Below the pieces are notes generated by a model. The model was not told the DNA's origin and did not search any database. It saw only the letters and a program-made list of their open reading frames with translations. A DNA stretch of 64,000 bases from Eledone cirrhosa (taxonomy: Eukaryota): positions 30,752,001 through 30,816,000 of the forward strand of contig OZ024751.1 in the NCBI GenBank assembly GCA_964016885.1, given 5' to 3'. The position numbers and the translations under genes were made by a program. This document shows positions 12,935-27,376 of the stretch, piece by piece (the first letter of the stretch is position 1; each line of letters starts with the position of its first letter).

Positions 12935-13048
12935 TATTAATAACTGCATTGTTTCTTTCCATGGTTTTATGTTGATAAATAAATCTCGTTTGGTCATTCC
13001 ATGAGAGTATTGTGGTCAGCCTATGAACTTTCCAGCCTAACCTCGTAC
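12935..13048. mobile_element. End fragment of a mariner-type MITE
   Basis: Ends cctatgaactttccagcctaacctcgta and matches 16225-16485 and 53024-53462. Confidence 0.65.
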
Positions 13049-13373
13049 TACAATGGCATTTATTAAATCCAGTATGGTGCCGTTTCTGTCAACTCACTGG
13101 TCAGCTTTTAATTACTCCATAATTAGGCCATAATTACAAAAACTAAACAAAACTATAAAGACAAAGACAACAATAACCGCAATAATTAAACCAAAAACAT
13201 AGTCGAGTAATTAGCAGAGAGTAATTACTAGAAGCAGCTAATGAGGTCAAGTATTTGAACTCTACATGTTGCTTTCAACCAGAATCAAAACAAAAAAACA
13301 ATAAAGAATACATAAAGAAAATATCAAAACAAATTAAAGAAGTAAAGAATACGATTGAATGAATGAAAAGTAG

Positions 13374-13410
<37 letters not shown>

Positions 13411-13704
13411 ATATATATACATATATATTATAATGTAAGTATATACATATATACATACATATATATATTATATATATGTATAGTATGTATATATATACAT
13501 ACGTATATATATATATTATATATATATGTATGTATAGTATGTATATATATATACGTACGTATATACAGTATATTAATTGTTTCTACTTTTGGCACAAGGC
13601 CAGCAATTACCCAGTGCATTACTGGTACTTTATTTTATCGACCCCGTAAGGATGAAAGGCAAAGTCAACCTCATAAATGGAAACTATATTTATAAAACCA
13701 TATT

Positions 13705-13770
13705 TATTTTATTATACATATTTCAAGGGCCACCAAGGCAAATTATGGTGCGCTTTCATCAGATAAAATA
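13705..13770 (-). ncRNA. Type-I hammerhead ribozyme motif (same family as 8289-8354)
   Basis: Core and stems match the 8.3-kb copy. Confidence 0.8.
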
Positions 13771-14033
13771 CAGATTTGTTTTATAAATAAATATTGACAT
13801 ACCCGGAAAAAAGGACAACCTTAACAGTTGGAGCTTCCTGGATAGCTATCCAGCTATCCAGGAAGCCCCAACCGTTAAGAAGAACTGCGAAACCGGTAAA
13901 GGAACCAAATAAATATATATATATTTTTTTTAAATAAGACTCCAATAGCATTTTCGATTTCATCTCTTTTTCTTTATACTTTCACTCGTGTAGGACACCT
14001 CGGTTATTTTTCATTTTGTTAAAAAAACCTCAC

Positions 14034-14078
<45 letters not shown>

Positions 14079-14224
14079 TTTTGAGTTTATGTTGGTTGTA
14101 TACCAACACCTCAGTATGCAGGCTGGAGCACTCGACGAAGTGCGCAGGTTGGTTTGGTTACTCTGGAGTAGTGTAAAATAAAGTTAAATAAAAGTCAAAT
14201 GATTAAAATTTAGCTTCGTTTATT

Positions 14225-14279
14225 ACTGCTATATATATTTCAGTGACAGCCATCTTTGGCTGTGACCTCTTCAGGCAGT
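14225..14279 (-). ncRNA. Type-I hammerhead ribozyme motif (left arm)
   Basis: Reverse complement of 14501-14555. Confidence 0.8.
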
Positions 14280-14500
14280 TTGAATTAGTATGGTATAGAC
14301 AAGTACATATGTTGTTTAGGTGTATGATATTGTCAATACTCTGATATGCCCAGTTCCTTGCTGGGTTGTTAATTCACTGGGGAACTGGAGTCATATTCCC
14401 CAGTGAATTAACAACCCAGCAAGGAACTGGGCATATCAGAGTATTGACAATATCATACACCTAAACAACATATGTACTTGTCTATACCATACTAATTCAA

Positions 14501-14555
14501 ACTGCCTGAAGAGGTCACAGCCAAAGATGGCTGTCACTGAAATATATATAGCAGT
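14501..14555 (+). ncRNA. Type-I hammerhead ribozyme motif (right arm)
   Basis: actgc CTGAAGA ggtcacagcca-aaga-tggctgtcact GAAA tatata TA gcagt, followed by AATAAA. Confidence 0.82.
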
Positions 14556-14599
14556 AATAAACGAAGCTAAATTTTAATCATTTGACTTTTATTTAACTT

Positions 14600-14715
<116 letters not shown>

Positions 14716-14717
14716 AT

Positions 14718-14749
<32 letters not shown>

Positions 14750-14800
14750 GTATCGTCCATATACTGTAGCGATCGTGTTGTTATTTCTGTTTACCTTTTA

Positions 14801-15913
<1,113 letters not shown>

Positions 15914-16067
15914 CTCCACCGTCCTAATTAAACTACATGATAATTAATAAAACATTTAAGCCGTGCTATAACGATTGCACAAGTAGAGACACGTGGCTGC
16001 AGGTTTATAGATGACAGGAGTAGAAAAGTAGAAGACTCGGATGAATTGGTTGCTTTCAACTTATTAC

Positions 16068-16123
<56 letters not shown>

Positions 16124-16158
16124 CTGTATGTACGACTGTTGCTGTATGTATGACAACG

Positions 16159-16485
16159 AAGGAGTGATGCTAAAGCTGTGAAATCTTGCGTACATCTATT
16201 TCAGTTCTTCTTGCATGTATTGATTTCTACTCTTATTAATAACTGCATTGTTTCTTTCCATGGTTTATGTTGCAAAATAAATCTCATTTGGTCATTCCAT
16301 GAGAGTATCTTGGTCAGTCTATAAAGGAGTGGTGCTAGAGCTGTAAAATCTTGCATGCATTAATTTTAACTATTATTAATAACTGCATTGTTTCTTTCCA
16401 GGGACTATGTTGAAAAATAAACCTCATTTGCTCATTCCATTAGAGTATCTTGGTCAGCTTATGAACTTTTCGGCCGACCCTCGTA
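16159..16485. mobile_element. Mariner-type MITE fragment with internal tandem duplication
   Basis: Two copies of a unit of about 165 bp; ends ttatgaacttttcggccgaccctcgta. Confidence 0.7.
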
Positions 16486-16689
16486 GTTAGCAAATTCATT
16501 TATCTATAAACAATTAAAAAATATCTTTAAACCATGATCAGAGCCAATTTGGTTTAGAGTTAGTTTTATCCAATAAAACTCTGTAAACATTTTCAGAAAA
16601 TATGAATGGCAGCTTTGGCAATATTTCAACTGTATCTAAGTAAACTGCTAAATTACTAAGTGGTTTGACCAACCACTTCTTTTTACTTG

Positions 16690-16955
16690 TAGTCGCTGTG
16701 GAGACTACGTGTTGCGACATGTTCTCAACTTCAAACATTGTCGTTTCGGCCACAAAGCTAAATACCTGAACTATCATCGTAGTGATATCTGGTGTCCTCG
16801 GTCCACGAACGGCTGTTGGTCCTTTCTGCAAAATCAGGAGAAGTGCATCGCAACCTGAAGAAAAACACCCATGAGGTGGAGTGGCTGATGCAGCGAATGT
16901 CGCTGGCTGCTTTCCACGGCAATGCCTCTGCCAGTTTGTCCGCAGTGTGTAACTG
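16690..16955 (+). pseudogene. Degraded restriction-like endonuclease C-terminus of a CRE-clade non-LTR retrotransposon
   Basis: Frameshifted peptides TCCDMFSTSN, SGVLGPRTA and EVEWLMQRMSLAAFHGNASAS resemble the CRE motifs ETxGxxGP and WLxQRLSxAxQRGNA. Confidence 0.6.
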
Positions 16956-17261
16956 AGATATACCACCTGGACTGGTGTGTAGCGTCTGTCGCACATCCAC
17001 CTTTCTCTTTTGTTAACCTATTTTATTTATAGGTAAACATTAATCCGATTAAAATCTGTTGAATAAAATGTGATCTACTTGGCATTACACTATGAAACAC
17101 ATGAAACACGGCTTTTGAAGAAATATGTCAGATTTGTTTTCGACGTGATTTTTCCCCGTCATGTCAATGTTCTATTCTTTGACATGGCCCCATTTTTTAT
17201 TTTTTTTATTTGTGATCAACATAAAAAAATAATTGTTAACACTGAGCATAACAGATTTCGT

Positions 17262-18387
17262 GTTAGTCTAATGACAACCTCACCAGATGTACAAGACACC
17301 TACATATGGGTTAGTCTGGTGATAACCTCACCAGATGTATCATACACCTACATATGGGTTAGCCTGGTGATAACCTCACCAGATGTACCAGACACCTACA
17401 TATGGGTTAGCCTGGTGATAACCTCACCAGATGTACCAGACACCTACATATGGGTTAGTCTGGTGATAACCTCACCAGATCTACCAGACACCTACATATG
17501 GGTTAGTCTGGTGATAACCTCACCAGATGTACCAGATACCTACATACGGGTTAGTCTGGTGATAACCTCACCAGATCTACCAGACACCTACATATGGGTT
17601 AGCCTGGTGACAACCTCACCAGATGTACCAGACACCTACATATGGGTTAGTCTGGTGATAACCTCACCAGATCTACCAGACACCTACATATGGGTTAGTC
17701 TGGTGATAACCTCACCAGATCTACCAGACACCTACATATGGGTTAGTCTGGTGATAACCTCACCAGATCTACCAGACACCTACATATGGGTTAGTCTAAT
17801 GACAACCTCACCAGATGTACCAGACACCTACATATGGGTTAGTCTGATGACAACCTCACCAGATCTACCAGACACCTACATATGGGTTAGTCTAATGACA
17901 ACCTCACCAGATGTACCAGACACCTACATATGGGTTAGTCTGATGACAACCTCACCAGATCTACCAGACACCTACATATGGGTTAGTCTGATGACAACCT
18001 CACCAGATGTACCAGACACCTACATATGGGTTAGTCTGGTGATAACCTCACCAGATCTACCAGACACCTACATATGGGTTAGTCTAATGACAACCTCACC
18101 AGATGTACCAGACACCTACATATGGGTTAGTCTGATGACAACCTCACCAGATCTACCAGACACCTACATATGGGTTAGTCTAATGACAACCTCACCAGAT
18201 GTACCAGACACCTACATATGGGTTAGTCTGATGACAACCTCACCAGATCTACCAGACACCTACATATGGGTTAGTCTAATGACAACCTCACCAGATGTAC
18301 CAGACACCTACATATGGGTTAGTCTGATGACAACCTCACCAGATCTACCAGACACCTACATATGGGTTAGTCTAATGACAACCTCAC
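17262..18387. repeat. 48-bp minisatellite, about 23 copies, with an internal hairpin
   Basis: Unit tgggttagtctggtgataacctcaccagatgtaccagacacctacata; hairpin tctggtga/tcaccaga. Confidence 0.95.
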
Positions 18388-18401
18388 TAGAACGTCCCTA
18401 A

Positions 18402-18905
18402 AATATTAACTATTTGATTATGTTGGTAATATACCTTTTAATATATTAATACTAATATTTACTATTAACTATTTCTTTATGTTAGTAACATATCTTTTAA
18501 TATATTAATACTAACATTTACTACTAACTATTTCTATATGTTAGTATTATACCTTTTAATACATCAATACTAACATTTACTACTAACTATTTCTATATGT
18601 TAGTAATATACCTTGTAATATATTAATACTAACATTTACTACTAACTAATTATATGTTAGTAATATACCTTTTAATATATTAATTGTTTCTACTATTGGC
18701 ACAAGGCCAGAAATTACCCAGTACATTACTGGTACTTTATTTTATCGACCCCGTAAGGATGAAAGGCAAAGTTAACCTCGTTTACTACTAACTATTTCTA
18801 TATGTTAGTAATATACCTTGTAATATATTAATACTAACATTTACTACTAACTAATTCTATATGTTAGTAATATACCTTTTAATATATTAATACTAACATG
18901 TATTA
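18402..18905. repeat. AT-rich tandem repeat of about 57 bp, interrupted by a SINE 3' fragment (18684-18780)
   Basis: Unit aatatattaatactaacatttactactaactatttctatatgttagtaatataccttt. Confidence 0.85.
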
Positions 18906-19613
18906 CTATTTCCTTTTTCTCAACTGTCACAAATATTTCATTTATTTACTTTCCTACACATTTTCTTGTTACGTAAGTTTTTATGACCTAATTTAGTCAA
19001 AATGATTTTTTTCCCTCACCTAATGTCGTCATTTACTGTTGTTGTTGTGGTGGTGGTGGTGGTTAAGGGGGTTGTAGTGGTTGTTAAGGTTGTTGTGGTG
19101 GTGGTGGTGACGGTGGTGATGGTGGTTAAGATTGTTGTTATGGTGGTGGTGGTTAAGGTAGTTGTGGTGGTGATTGTGGTGGTGGTGGCGATGGTGGTGG
19201 TGATGGTTAAAGTGGTTGTGGTGGTGATGGTGGCTAAGGTGGTTGTGGGTGGTGGTCGTGGTGGTGGTGGTGTTGTTGTAGTTGTGTTGCTATAATTATT
19301 GCTGTTGTCATTGTTACCGTCACTCCAACAATCACTACCACTACAACTACCCCCACAATCACCACGACCACCACAACAACTACAACCGCTACAATCGCCA
19401 CTGGCGCCGTCACTATTAAACTCCACCTTAAGGAATCTAGTTCATAATTAATTACACCTCGTCAAGAGGAGGCTGTAATTTTCAGTAACACCTTCTCAGT
19501 CCCTCTGGAGGGGGTGGGATCGGTTAAATTATTCATCCACTACCTTTTAAAATTTCATAAAATATATTATGAAAATATTAGTTTTGTTTTCTTTCTAACT
19601 TTTCCTCCAGGCA

Positions 19614-21300
19614 TAGACACAGCTATACAACTGACCCCTCACCCTACCTGACCCTAGCCACAGCTATACAACTGACCCCTCACCCTACCTGACCCTAGCC
19701 ACAGCTATACAACTCTGACCCCTCACCCTACCTGACCCTAGCCACAGCTATACAACTGACCCCTCACCCTACCTGACCCTAGACACAGCTATACAACTGA
19801 CCCCTCACCCTACCTGACCCTAGCCACAGCTATACAACTCTGACCCCTCACCCTACCTGACCCTAGCCACAGCTATACAACTCTGACCCCTCACCCTACC
19901 TGACCCTAGACACAGCTATACAACTGACCCCTCACCCTACCTGACCCTAGCCACAGCTATACAACTGACCCCTCACCCTACCTGACCCTAGCCACAGCTA
20001 TACAACTGACCCCTCACCCTACCTGACCCTAGCCACAGCTATACAACTGACCCCTCACCCTACCTGACCCTAGCCACAGCTATACAACTGACCCCTCACC
20101 CTACCTGACCCTAGCCACAGCTATACAACTGACCCCTCACCCTACCTGACCCTAGCCACAGCTATACAACTGACCCCTCACCCTACCTGACCCTAGCCAC
20201 AGCTATACAACTGACCCCTCACCCTACCTGACCCTAGCCACAGCTATACAACTCTGACCCCTCACCCTACCTGACCCTAGTCACAGCTATACAACTGACC
20301 CCTCACCCTACCTGACCCTAGCCACAGCTATACAACTGACCCCTCACCCTACCTGACCCTAGCCACAGCTATACAACTGACCCCTCACCCTACCTGACCC
20401 TAGCCACAGCTATACAACTGACCCCTCACCCTACCTGACCCTAGACACAGCTATACAACTGACCCCTCACCCTACCTGACCCTAGCCACAGCTATACAAC
20501 TGACCCCTCACCCTACCTGACCCTAGACACAGCTATACAACTGACCCCTCACCCTACCTGACCCTAGCCACAGCTATACAACTGACCCCTCACCCTACCT
20601 GACCCTAGCCACAGCTATACAACTGACCCCTCACCCTACCTGACCCTAGCCACAGCTATACAACTGACCCCTCACCCTACCTGACCCTAGACACAGCTAT
20701 ACAACTGACCCCTCACCCTACCTGACCCTAGCCACAGCTATACAACTGACCCCTCACCCTACCTGACCCTAGACACAGCTATACAACTGACCCCTCACCC
20801 TACCTGACCCTAGCCACAGCTATACAACTGACCCCTCACCCTACCTGACCCTAGCCACAGCTATACAACTGACCCCTCACCCTACCTGACCCTAGCCACA
20901 GCTATACAACTGACCCCTCACCCTACCTGACCCTAGACACAGCTATACAACTCTGACCCCTCACCCTACCTGACCCTAGACACAGCTATACAACTGTGAC
21001 CCGCTCCACAGACCCTAGACAAAACTGTCACCCTTTCACCCTACCTGACCCTAGACACAGCTATACAACTGTGACCCCTCACCCTACCTGACCCTAGACA
21101 CAGCTATACAACTGTGACCCCTCACCCTACCTGACCCTAGACACAGCTATACAACTGTGACCCCTCACCCTACCTGACCCTAGACACAGCTATACAACTG
21201 TGACCCCTAACCCTACCTGACCCTAGACAAAACTGTGACCCTCACCTGACCTTAATTACAGCTATACAACTGTGACCCACACCCTAGACACAATTACACA
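19614..21300. repeat. 41-bp C-rich minisatellite, about 40 copies, with telomere-variant hexamers
   Basis: Unit acagctatacaactgacccctcaccctacctgaccctagcc, with 43-bp variants and a degenerate right end. Confidence 0.95.
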
Positions 21301-21409
21301 ACTGTAAACCCCAACGTTGACTCTAGACACAACTGTGACCACCCCCCCCCCTCCATCTTAGATACAGCTGTGGCCACTACCCTTGACATGCTACACAACT
21401 GTGACCCAC

Positions 21410-21720
21410 ATGGTGGTGGTGATGATGGGAATGATGGTGATGGTGATGATTGTGGTGGTGGTTATGGTGAAGGTAGTGATGGTGGAGTTGATGGGGATGA
21501 TGGGATTGGTGATGGTGATGGTGATAGTGGTGATGGTGGTGTAGGGAGGGGTGATGGTGGAGGAGGTGGTGGTGGTGTTAGTGCTGATGCTGGTGGTGGG
21601 GTTGATGGTGATGATGGTGATGATGGTGGTGGTAGTGATGGTGGTGATGGTGATGGTGCTGATAGTGGTGGTCATGATGGTGGTGATGGTGGTTATGGTG
21701 ATGGTAGTGATGGTGGTGGT
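21410..21720. repeat. (GGT/GAT)n low-complexity repeat
   Basis: Direct reading. Confidence 0.9.
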
Positions 21721-21840
21721 GCGAGGGGTGTGAAGGGGAGATGGGGGGTAAAACATCTCACCTCAACCAATCAACGTGAGTAACTGAACCTGTGATTACT
21801 ATGAAATTAGCTTGGAGAATGTTGACAGCCAGAAGTCAAC

Positions 21841-22780
21841 GGTGGTGTCTTGGTGGTGGTGTTGTGGTGTCTGGGTGGTGGTGTTGTGGTGTCTGGGTGG
21901 TGGTGTTGTGGTGTCTGGGTGGTGGTGTTGTGGTGTCTGGGTGATGGTGTTGTGGTGTCTGGGTGGTGGTGTTGTGGTGTCTGGGTGGTGGTGTTGTGGT
22001 GTCTGGGAGGTGGTGTTGTGGTGTCTGGGAGGTGGTGTTGTGGTGTCTGGGTGGTGTTGTGGTGTCTGGGTGGTGTTGTGGTGTCTGGGTGGTGTTGTGG
22101 TGTCTGGGTGGTGTTGTGGTGTCTGGGTGGTGGTGTTGTGGTGTCTGGGTGGTGTTGTGGTGTCTGGGTGGTGTTGTGGTGTCTGGGTGGTGGTGTTGTG
22201 GTGTCTGGGTGGTGTTGTGGTGTCTGGGTGGTGTTGTGGTGTCTGGGTGGTGTTGTGGTGTCTGGGTGGTGGTGTTGTGGTGTCTGGGTGGTGGTGTTGT
22301 GGTGTCTGGGTGGTGGTGTTGTGGTGTCTGGGTGGTGGTGTTGTGGTGTCTGGGTGGTGGTGTTGTGGTGTCTGGGTGGTGGTGTTGTGGTGTCTGGGTG
22401 GTGGTGTTGTGGTGTCTGGGTGGTGGTGTTGTGGTGTCTGGGTGGTGTTGTGGTGTCTGGGTGGTGTTGTGGTGTCTGGGTGGTGTTGTGGTGTCTGGGT
22501 GGTGTTGTGGTGTCTGGGTGGTGGTGTTGTGGTGTCTGGGTGGTGTTGTGGTGTCTGGGTGGTGTTGTGGTGTCTGGGTGGTGTTGTGGTGTCTGGGTGG
22601 TGTTGTGGTGTCTGGGTGGTGGTGTTGTGGTGTCTGGGTGGTGTTGTGGTGTCTGGGTGGTGTTGGCGGTGTCTGGGCGGTGTTGGCGGTTTATGGGTGG
22701 TGTTGGCGGTGTCTGGGTGGTGTCGGCGGTGTCTGGGCGGTGTTGGTGGTGTCTGGGCGGTGTTGGTGGTGTCTGGGCGA
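21841..22780. repeat. 20/23-bp GT-rich minisatellite (ggtgttgtggtgtctgggt[ggt])n
   Basis: Direct reading; ORFs open in all frames are artefacts. Confidence 0.95.
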
Positions 22781-23456
22781 TGTTGACGGAGAAGGGGCAG
22801 AAATTATTAATACCTCTTAAACAGCAGTTAGTGGCGAGAGAAAGTGTTTTAATAATGAGGTAGACATTTCTGTAAAATCTGTAGAGTCCCACTTATGACT
22901 TGGATGACTACGATTAATACATGAGATTATTCATGTAGCCAGTAGACAAGAAGGGGAGATAACTACCGTAAAATTAACTAATCCAAATTGTGCGTGTGGG
23001 ATGGGGGATAATCGAGCGGATCTCGCCCTTAAAGCCAGACGATAAAAGAAAGGAACACGTTTCGGTTTAATAAGACCTTTTCAGTGAAACATTTATTCAG
23101 TTTTTAAGTCTCAGAAACAAACAGTGTATATAGAAAAGGAAGGAACGCAGTGATGGTAAAGTTTAATTATATTCATACACACCCACAACACCAACACAAC
23201 GTACCCCACTCAAAACACCACCACCATCATCACTTCACTATAATTGACAAGCAACACACTGTTTCTATACACACCTATAAACACACACACACACATATAT
23301 ATCATAAACACCACACAGGCACACACATGGGCACACACACAGGCACACACACCACTTCAGGCAACACACAGTTTCAACACGCCGAACACTGTTGACACAT
23401 GACATGAATAACAGACAATGTTGATATACGTACACTAACAAATACACACACTGTGT

Positions 23457-23742
23457 GTCTCTCTCTATATCTCTCCCTCTCTCTCTCTCTCTCTCCTGTT
23501 TCTCTCTCCCCTCTGACTTTCTCTTCTCTATCTCTCTCTCCTCTCTCTCCTCTCTCTCTCTCCTCTCTCTCTCTCCCCTCTGTCTTTCTCTTCTCTCTCT
23601 CTCTCTCCCCTCTCTCTCGCTCTCTCCTGTTTCTCTCTCTCCCCTCTTTCTTTCTCTTCTCTATCTCTCTTTCTCTCCTGTTTCTCTCTCCGCTCTGTCT
23701 TTCTCTTCTCTCTCTCTCTCCCCTCTCTCTCTCTCCCCTCTG

Positions 23743-23784
<42 letters not shown>

Positions 23785-23993
23785 GTATCTCTCTCTCCTC
23801 TACTTATCTCTCTGTCCTCTATCTATCTCTCCTATATCTCTCTCTCCTCTATCTCTCCTCTATCTCTCTCTCCATCTTCCTCTTTCTTCCTCTCTCCCCA
23901 TCTCTCTCCCATCTCTCTATCTCTCATAATACAAGCTAGATCTATCCCATCTCTCTGTCCTTTTCTCATCTCTCTCTGTTTCCCATCTCTCTC

Positions 23994-24034
<41 letters not shown>

Positions 24035-24162
24035 CCCATCTCTCTCTCTTTCCCATCCTTCTCTTTCCCCTCTCCACTTCTCCCCCTCACATAATTATTA
24101 GACAAGTTAGATCTACAATCTGTGAACCACCTCTCTCCCTCTCTCTCTATCTCATCTCCCTC

Positions 24163-24200
<38 letters not shown>
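23457..24200. repeat. (CT)n polypyrimidine tract
   Basis: Direct reading. Confidence 0.9.
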
Positions 24201-24202
<2 letters not shown>

Positions 24203-24552
24203 TTATACAATCTAAATCTCCAGTCTGTCGACCATTGTATCATTGTATGAAGAACAAGTTCCATCGAGTCTTTTCCTGTTTCTGTTGTCAAGCGACTTCT
24301 AACAATGTCTCGGGAGTGGTTCTGTGGCAGACATGGAAGCAATGGTGCTCGTACATATACATACATATACACACATACACATATATACATACATATACAC
24401 ACACATGCACACAGACACACACACACGCGCATATACATAAACACACACACGTACATACACACACATACACACCCACATATATACATATACACACACATGC
24501 ACACAGACACACACACACACACACGCATGTACATAAACACACACACGTACAT

Positions 24553-24652
<100 letters not shown>

Positions 24653-24728
24653 ATACACTCATACACTCACAGTGTAAGTCATGGAAACATTTAAACATCA
24701 CCTAATCCATAATGGTTTGATCCTTTAC

Positions 24729-24791
24729 CCCCAGCAATGGGGGTTGTAGTCCAGGTACTGGGAGGAGGTGGAGAGCTTCATCCGTTTCCTA
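24729..24791 (-). CDS. Candidate 63-nt symmetric exon (RKRMKLSTSSQYLDYNPHCWG)
   Basis: Acceptor tgtgatttacag and donor gtaaag. A GC-balanced island with a single open frame. Confidence 0.45.
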
Positions 24792-25500
24792 CTGTAAATC
24801 ACAACCAACCATCTTTAAAACGAGAGTAATATTCTCAATAATGTCGTAGTTTGTAGACTCCTAAATATACAATTTTGTCATGACTATTATATATGCTAGC
24901 AGAAAAACCACCCTTTCTGCTAGCATGCGTAGCATGTATATTGATATTATACACAAATATATATGCATGTAGATATGATATATCAAATAAAATCGTATTT
25001 GACAATATACACAGAAATTGAACGAAGTCTATGTTAGACTGCCTTCTGTAATCAGTAAAGTAATCCATGATACATTTAAAAAAAGACGATGTATATATAA
25101 ACTGCATTAGGAGAAAATTAGTGACGGAAATATATGCGATATTTTTACACATATACATACATACACATACATACATACAAACATACATAAATATATATGT
25201 GTGTGTGTCCGCCCAATAAACTTACACCCACCTGGTGTTAGTAAACATCAGCATGTGTTAGTTGAATCGATAAAACTGAAATGTGTGACCCTATTAATTC
25301 ACTATTATGTTGTAGTTATTGAGTAAAATAGTCCTGTCTGAGACCTGTCTTACTAGGTATTAAGTAAAGCAGCTTTGTCTAAGACATATCTTAGATGCTA
25401 ATAAGTAAAATAGTTGCCTGAGACTTATCTTAGTAGAGGTAAAGGTGTTGTTTCTACGAAGAAAACAAATTGGAAAATTTATGTATATACATATGTATAT

Positions 25501-25567
<67 letters not shown>

Positions 25568-25594
25568 TATACATACATATACAAATATGCATAT

Positions 25595-25637
<43 letters not shown>

Positions 25638-25710
25638 TATACATATATATATATGTATATATATATATATGACAGTTGAAAATTGCAAACTTGACTGTCA
25701 CCACTGAATA

Positions 25711-25749
25711 TGAACCTGAAGATTGCGAAAGCATGAAAGTACTTGTTCA
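25711..25749 (+). ncRNA. Compact minimal hammerhead ribozyme motif
   Basis: tgaac CTGAAGA t tgc-GAAA-gca t GAAA gtac TT gttca. Perfect 5-bp stem I, GNRA loop on stem II, stem III palindrome AGTACT. Confidence 0.75.
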
Positions 25750-26629
25750 ATTAACATTTAACATTTAATATTCTACCATAATATTTCATTATAATATCAT
25801 TATAATTTTAAAGGATTGTAAATAAAACGAGTAAATCAGACAAAGTTGGAATTCCTTTTATTAATATAATCTTCTATACACAATCATACACACCCGTGCA
25901 TATTTATTTTATATATATATATATGCGTGGGAGACAACTGTAAAATGCTAATTGGCTGTGATAGAGGTGTGACTGTCACGTCATCCATTTTTAGGTATTC
26001 ATTCAGACTTCTTAATTTCACATGACAAATTTAACAGCTAACAGATATGTCTTTATGGGGGTATTGAATGCAACTTTCAGTTACAGTTCTCTTCTTAATA
26101 TTATATTTATTTCATTAGCGTTTTTGTTGTTTTTTTTGTTATGATTTTGGTTTTGTTTTTTCGTGGGGGGAGGGGGGATTCGTCAGGAGGAATGTTCGCA
26201 TTTAAATATATCCTTCGTGTAAAATTTGATTTCTTGGCTCACACTGTTCATCGTCCGCCATAGAGACCCCAATGAGTGAAGGCGCATGGCTTAGTGGTTA
26301 GAGCATTGGGCTTGCAATCGAAAGGTTGTGAGTTCAATTCTCGGACCGGGTGATGTGTTGTTTCCTTGAGCAAGAGACTTTATTTCAGTTGCTCCAGTTT
26401 ACTCATCTGTAGAAACGAGATATACATTGGAGGAGGCCAGCTAAACCTGCATAGGTGTGAGCTGTAACAACAACAACAAACAATGAATGAAGAAGATTCC
26501 ACGTTGCTCTCGATCTAGAAAAAGTAGCAGCTAAAATCTCCCCTAAATCATACAGTACCGTCGTAAAATAGGACAATAGGACACATTATTTAATGTCTAG
26601 TTGATGTGGAACTAAACAACAACAATAAT

Positions 26630-26790
26630 GATTTCTAGTATAGGCACAAGGCCAGTAATTTGGGGGGAGGGGAAAGTCGATTAAATCGACCCCAGTACGT
26701 TACTGGTACTTTGTTTTATCGACCCCCGTAAGGATGAAAGGCAAAGTTAACCTCGGCGGGATTTGAACTCAGACCGTAAAGGGCCGTAAT
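26630..26790 (-). mobile_element. SINE family 1 (long-tail variant)
   Basis: tttatcgacccccgtaaggatgaaaggcaaagttaacctcggcgggatttgaactc. Confidence 0.85.
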
Positions 26791-26968
26791 AATAACTATA
26801 CCCAGTTTTGTGAGGAACATATATTTTAAGGGAAGGAAATGGGGCCTTGTCAACGTTAAATCCGGTAAATTTAAATTTATACAATAAATATGTTCCATTT
26901 TAAAACAGGTGGTTCTCGGCTTTGTCCCACTGCGCAGCATCTTGAGGAAATGTTTTGGTGTAGCTCAG

Positions 26969-27009
<41 letters not shown>

Positions 27010-27011
<2 letters not shown>

Positions 27012-27180
27012 TCATCATCGTCATCATCATCATCGCCGTTTAACGTCTACCTTCCACGCTAGCATAGATTAGACGGCTTTTCCCATTAGAGGCAGGTTGG
27101 ATCAGGTGACCGTATCCTGCTCATACAGAACTGTTTCTGGCTAGATTTCTACAGCTGGATGCTCTTCCAAATGCCAATTA
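27010..27180 (-). mobile_element. LINE/SINE 3' tail fragment ending in (GAT)n
   Basis: catcatcgccgtttaacgtc...tttctacagctggatgctcttcc resembles RTE-type 3' ends. Confidence 0.5.
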
Positions 27181-27195
27181 CATTTACAGTGTCTT

Positions 27196-27256
<61 letters not shown>

Positions 27257-27257
27257 T

Positions 27258-27376
<119 letters not shown>

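Noticed and set aside
16538-17000. Minus-strand ORFs of 152 and 80 aa as host exons
   Set aside because: They are better explained as antisense to the CRE remnant.
17070-18401. 443-aa ORF, or a CRISPR-like array with a palindromic repeat
   Set aside because: Contiguous 48-bp units with no unique spacers, no cas genes and a eukaryotic context. The CTGATGA in some units has no GAAA partner.
19614-21300. CRISPR array or true telomere
   Set aside because: No spacers and no pure (TTAGGG)n.
23040-23090. Hammerhead-like motif on the minus strand (ctgaaaa ggt..acc gaaacgtgt)
   Set aside because: The core G8 is missing and stem I is unpaired; at best a dead remnant. The same applies to 27435, 27640-27670 and 37445-37475.
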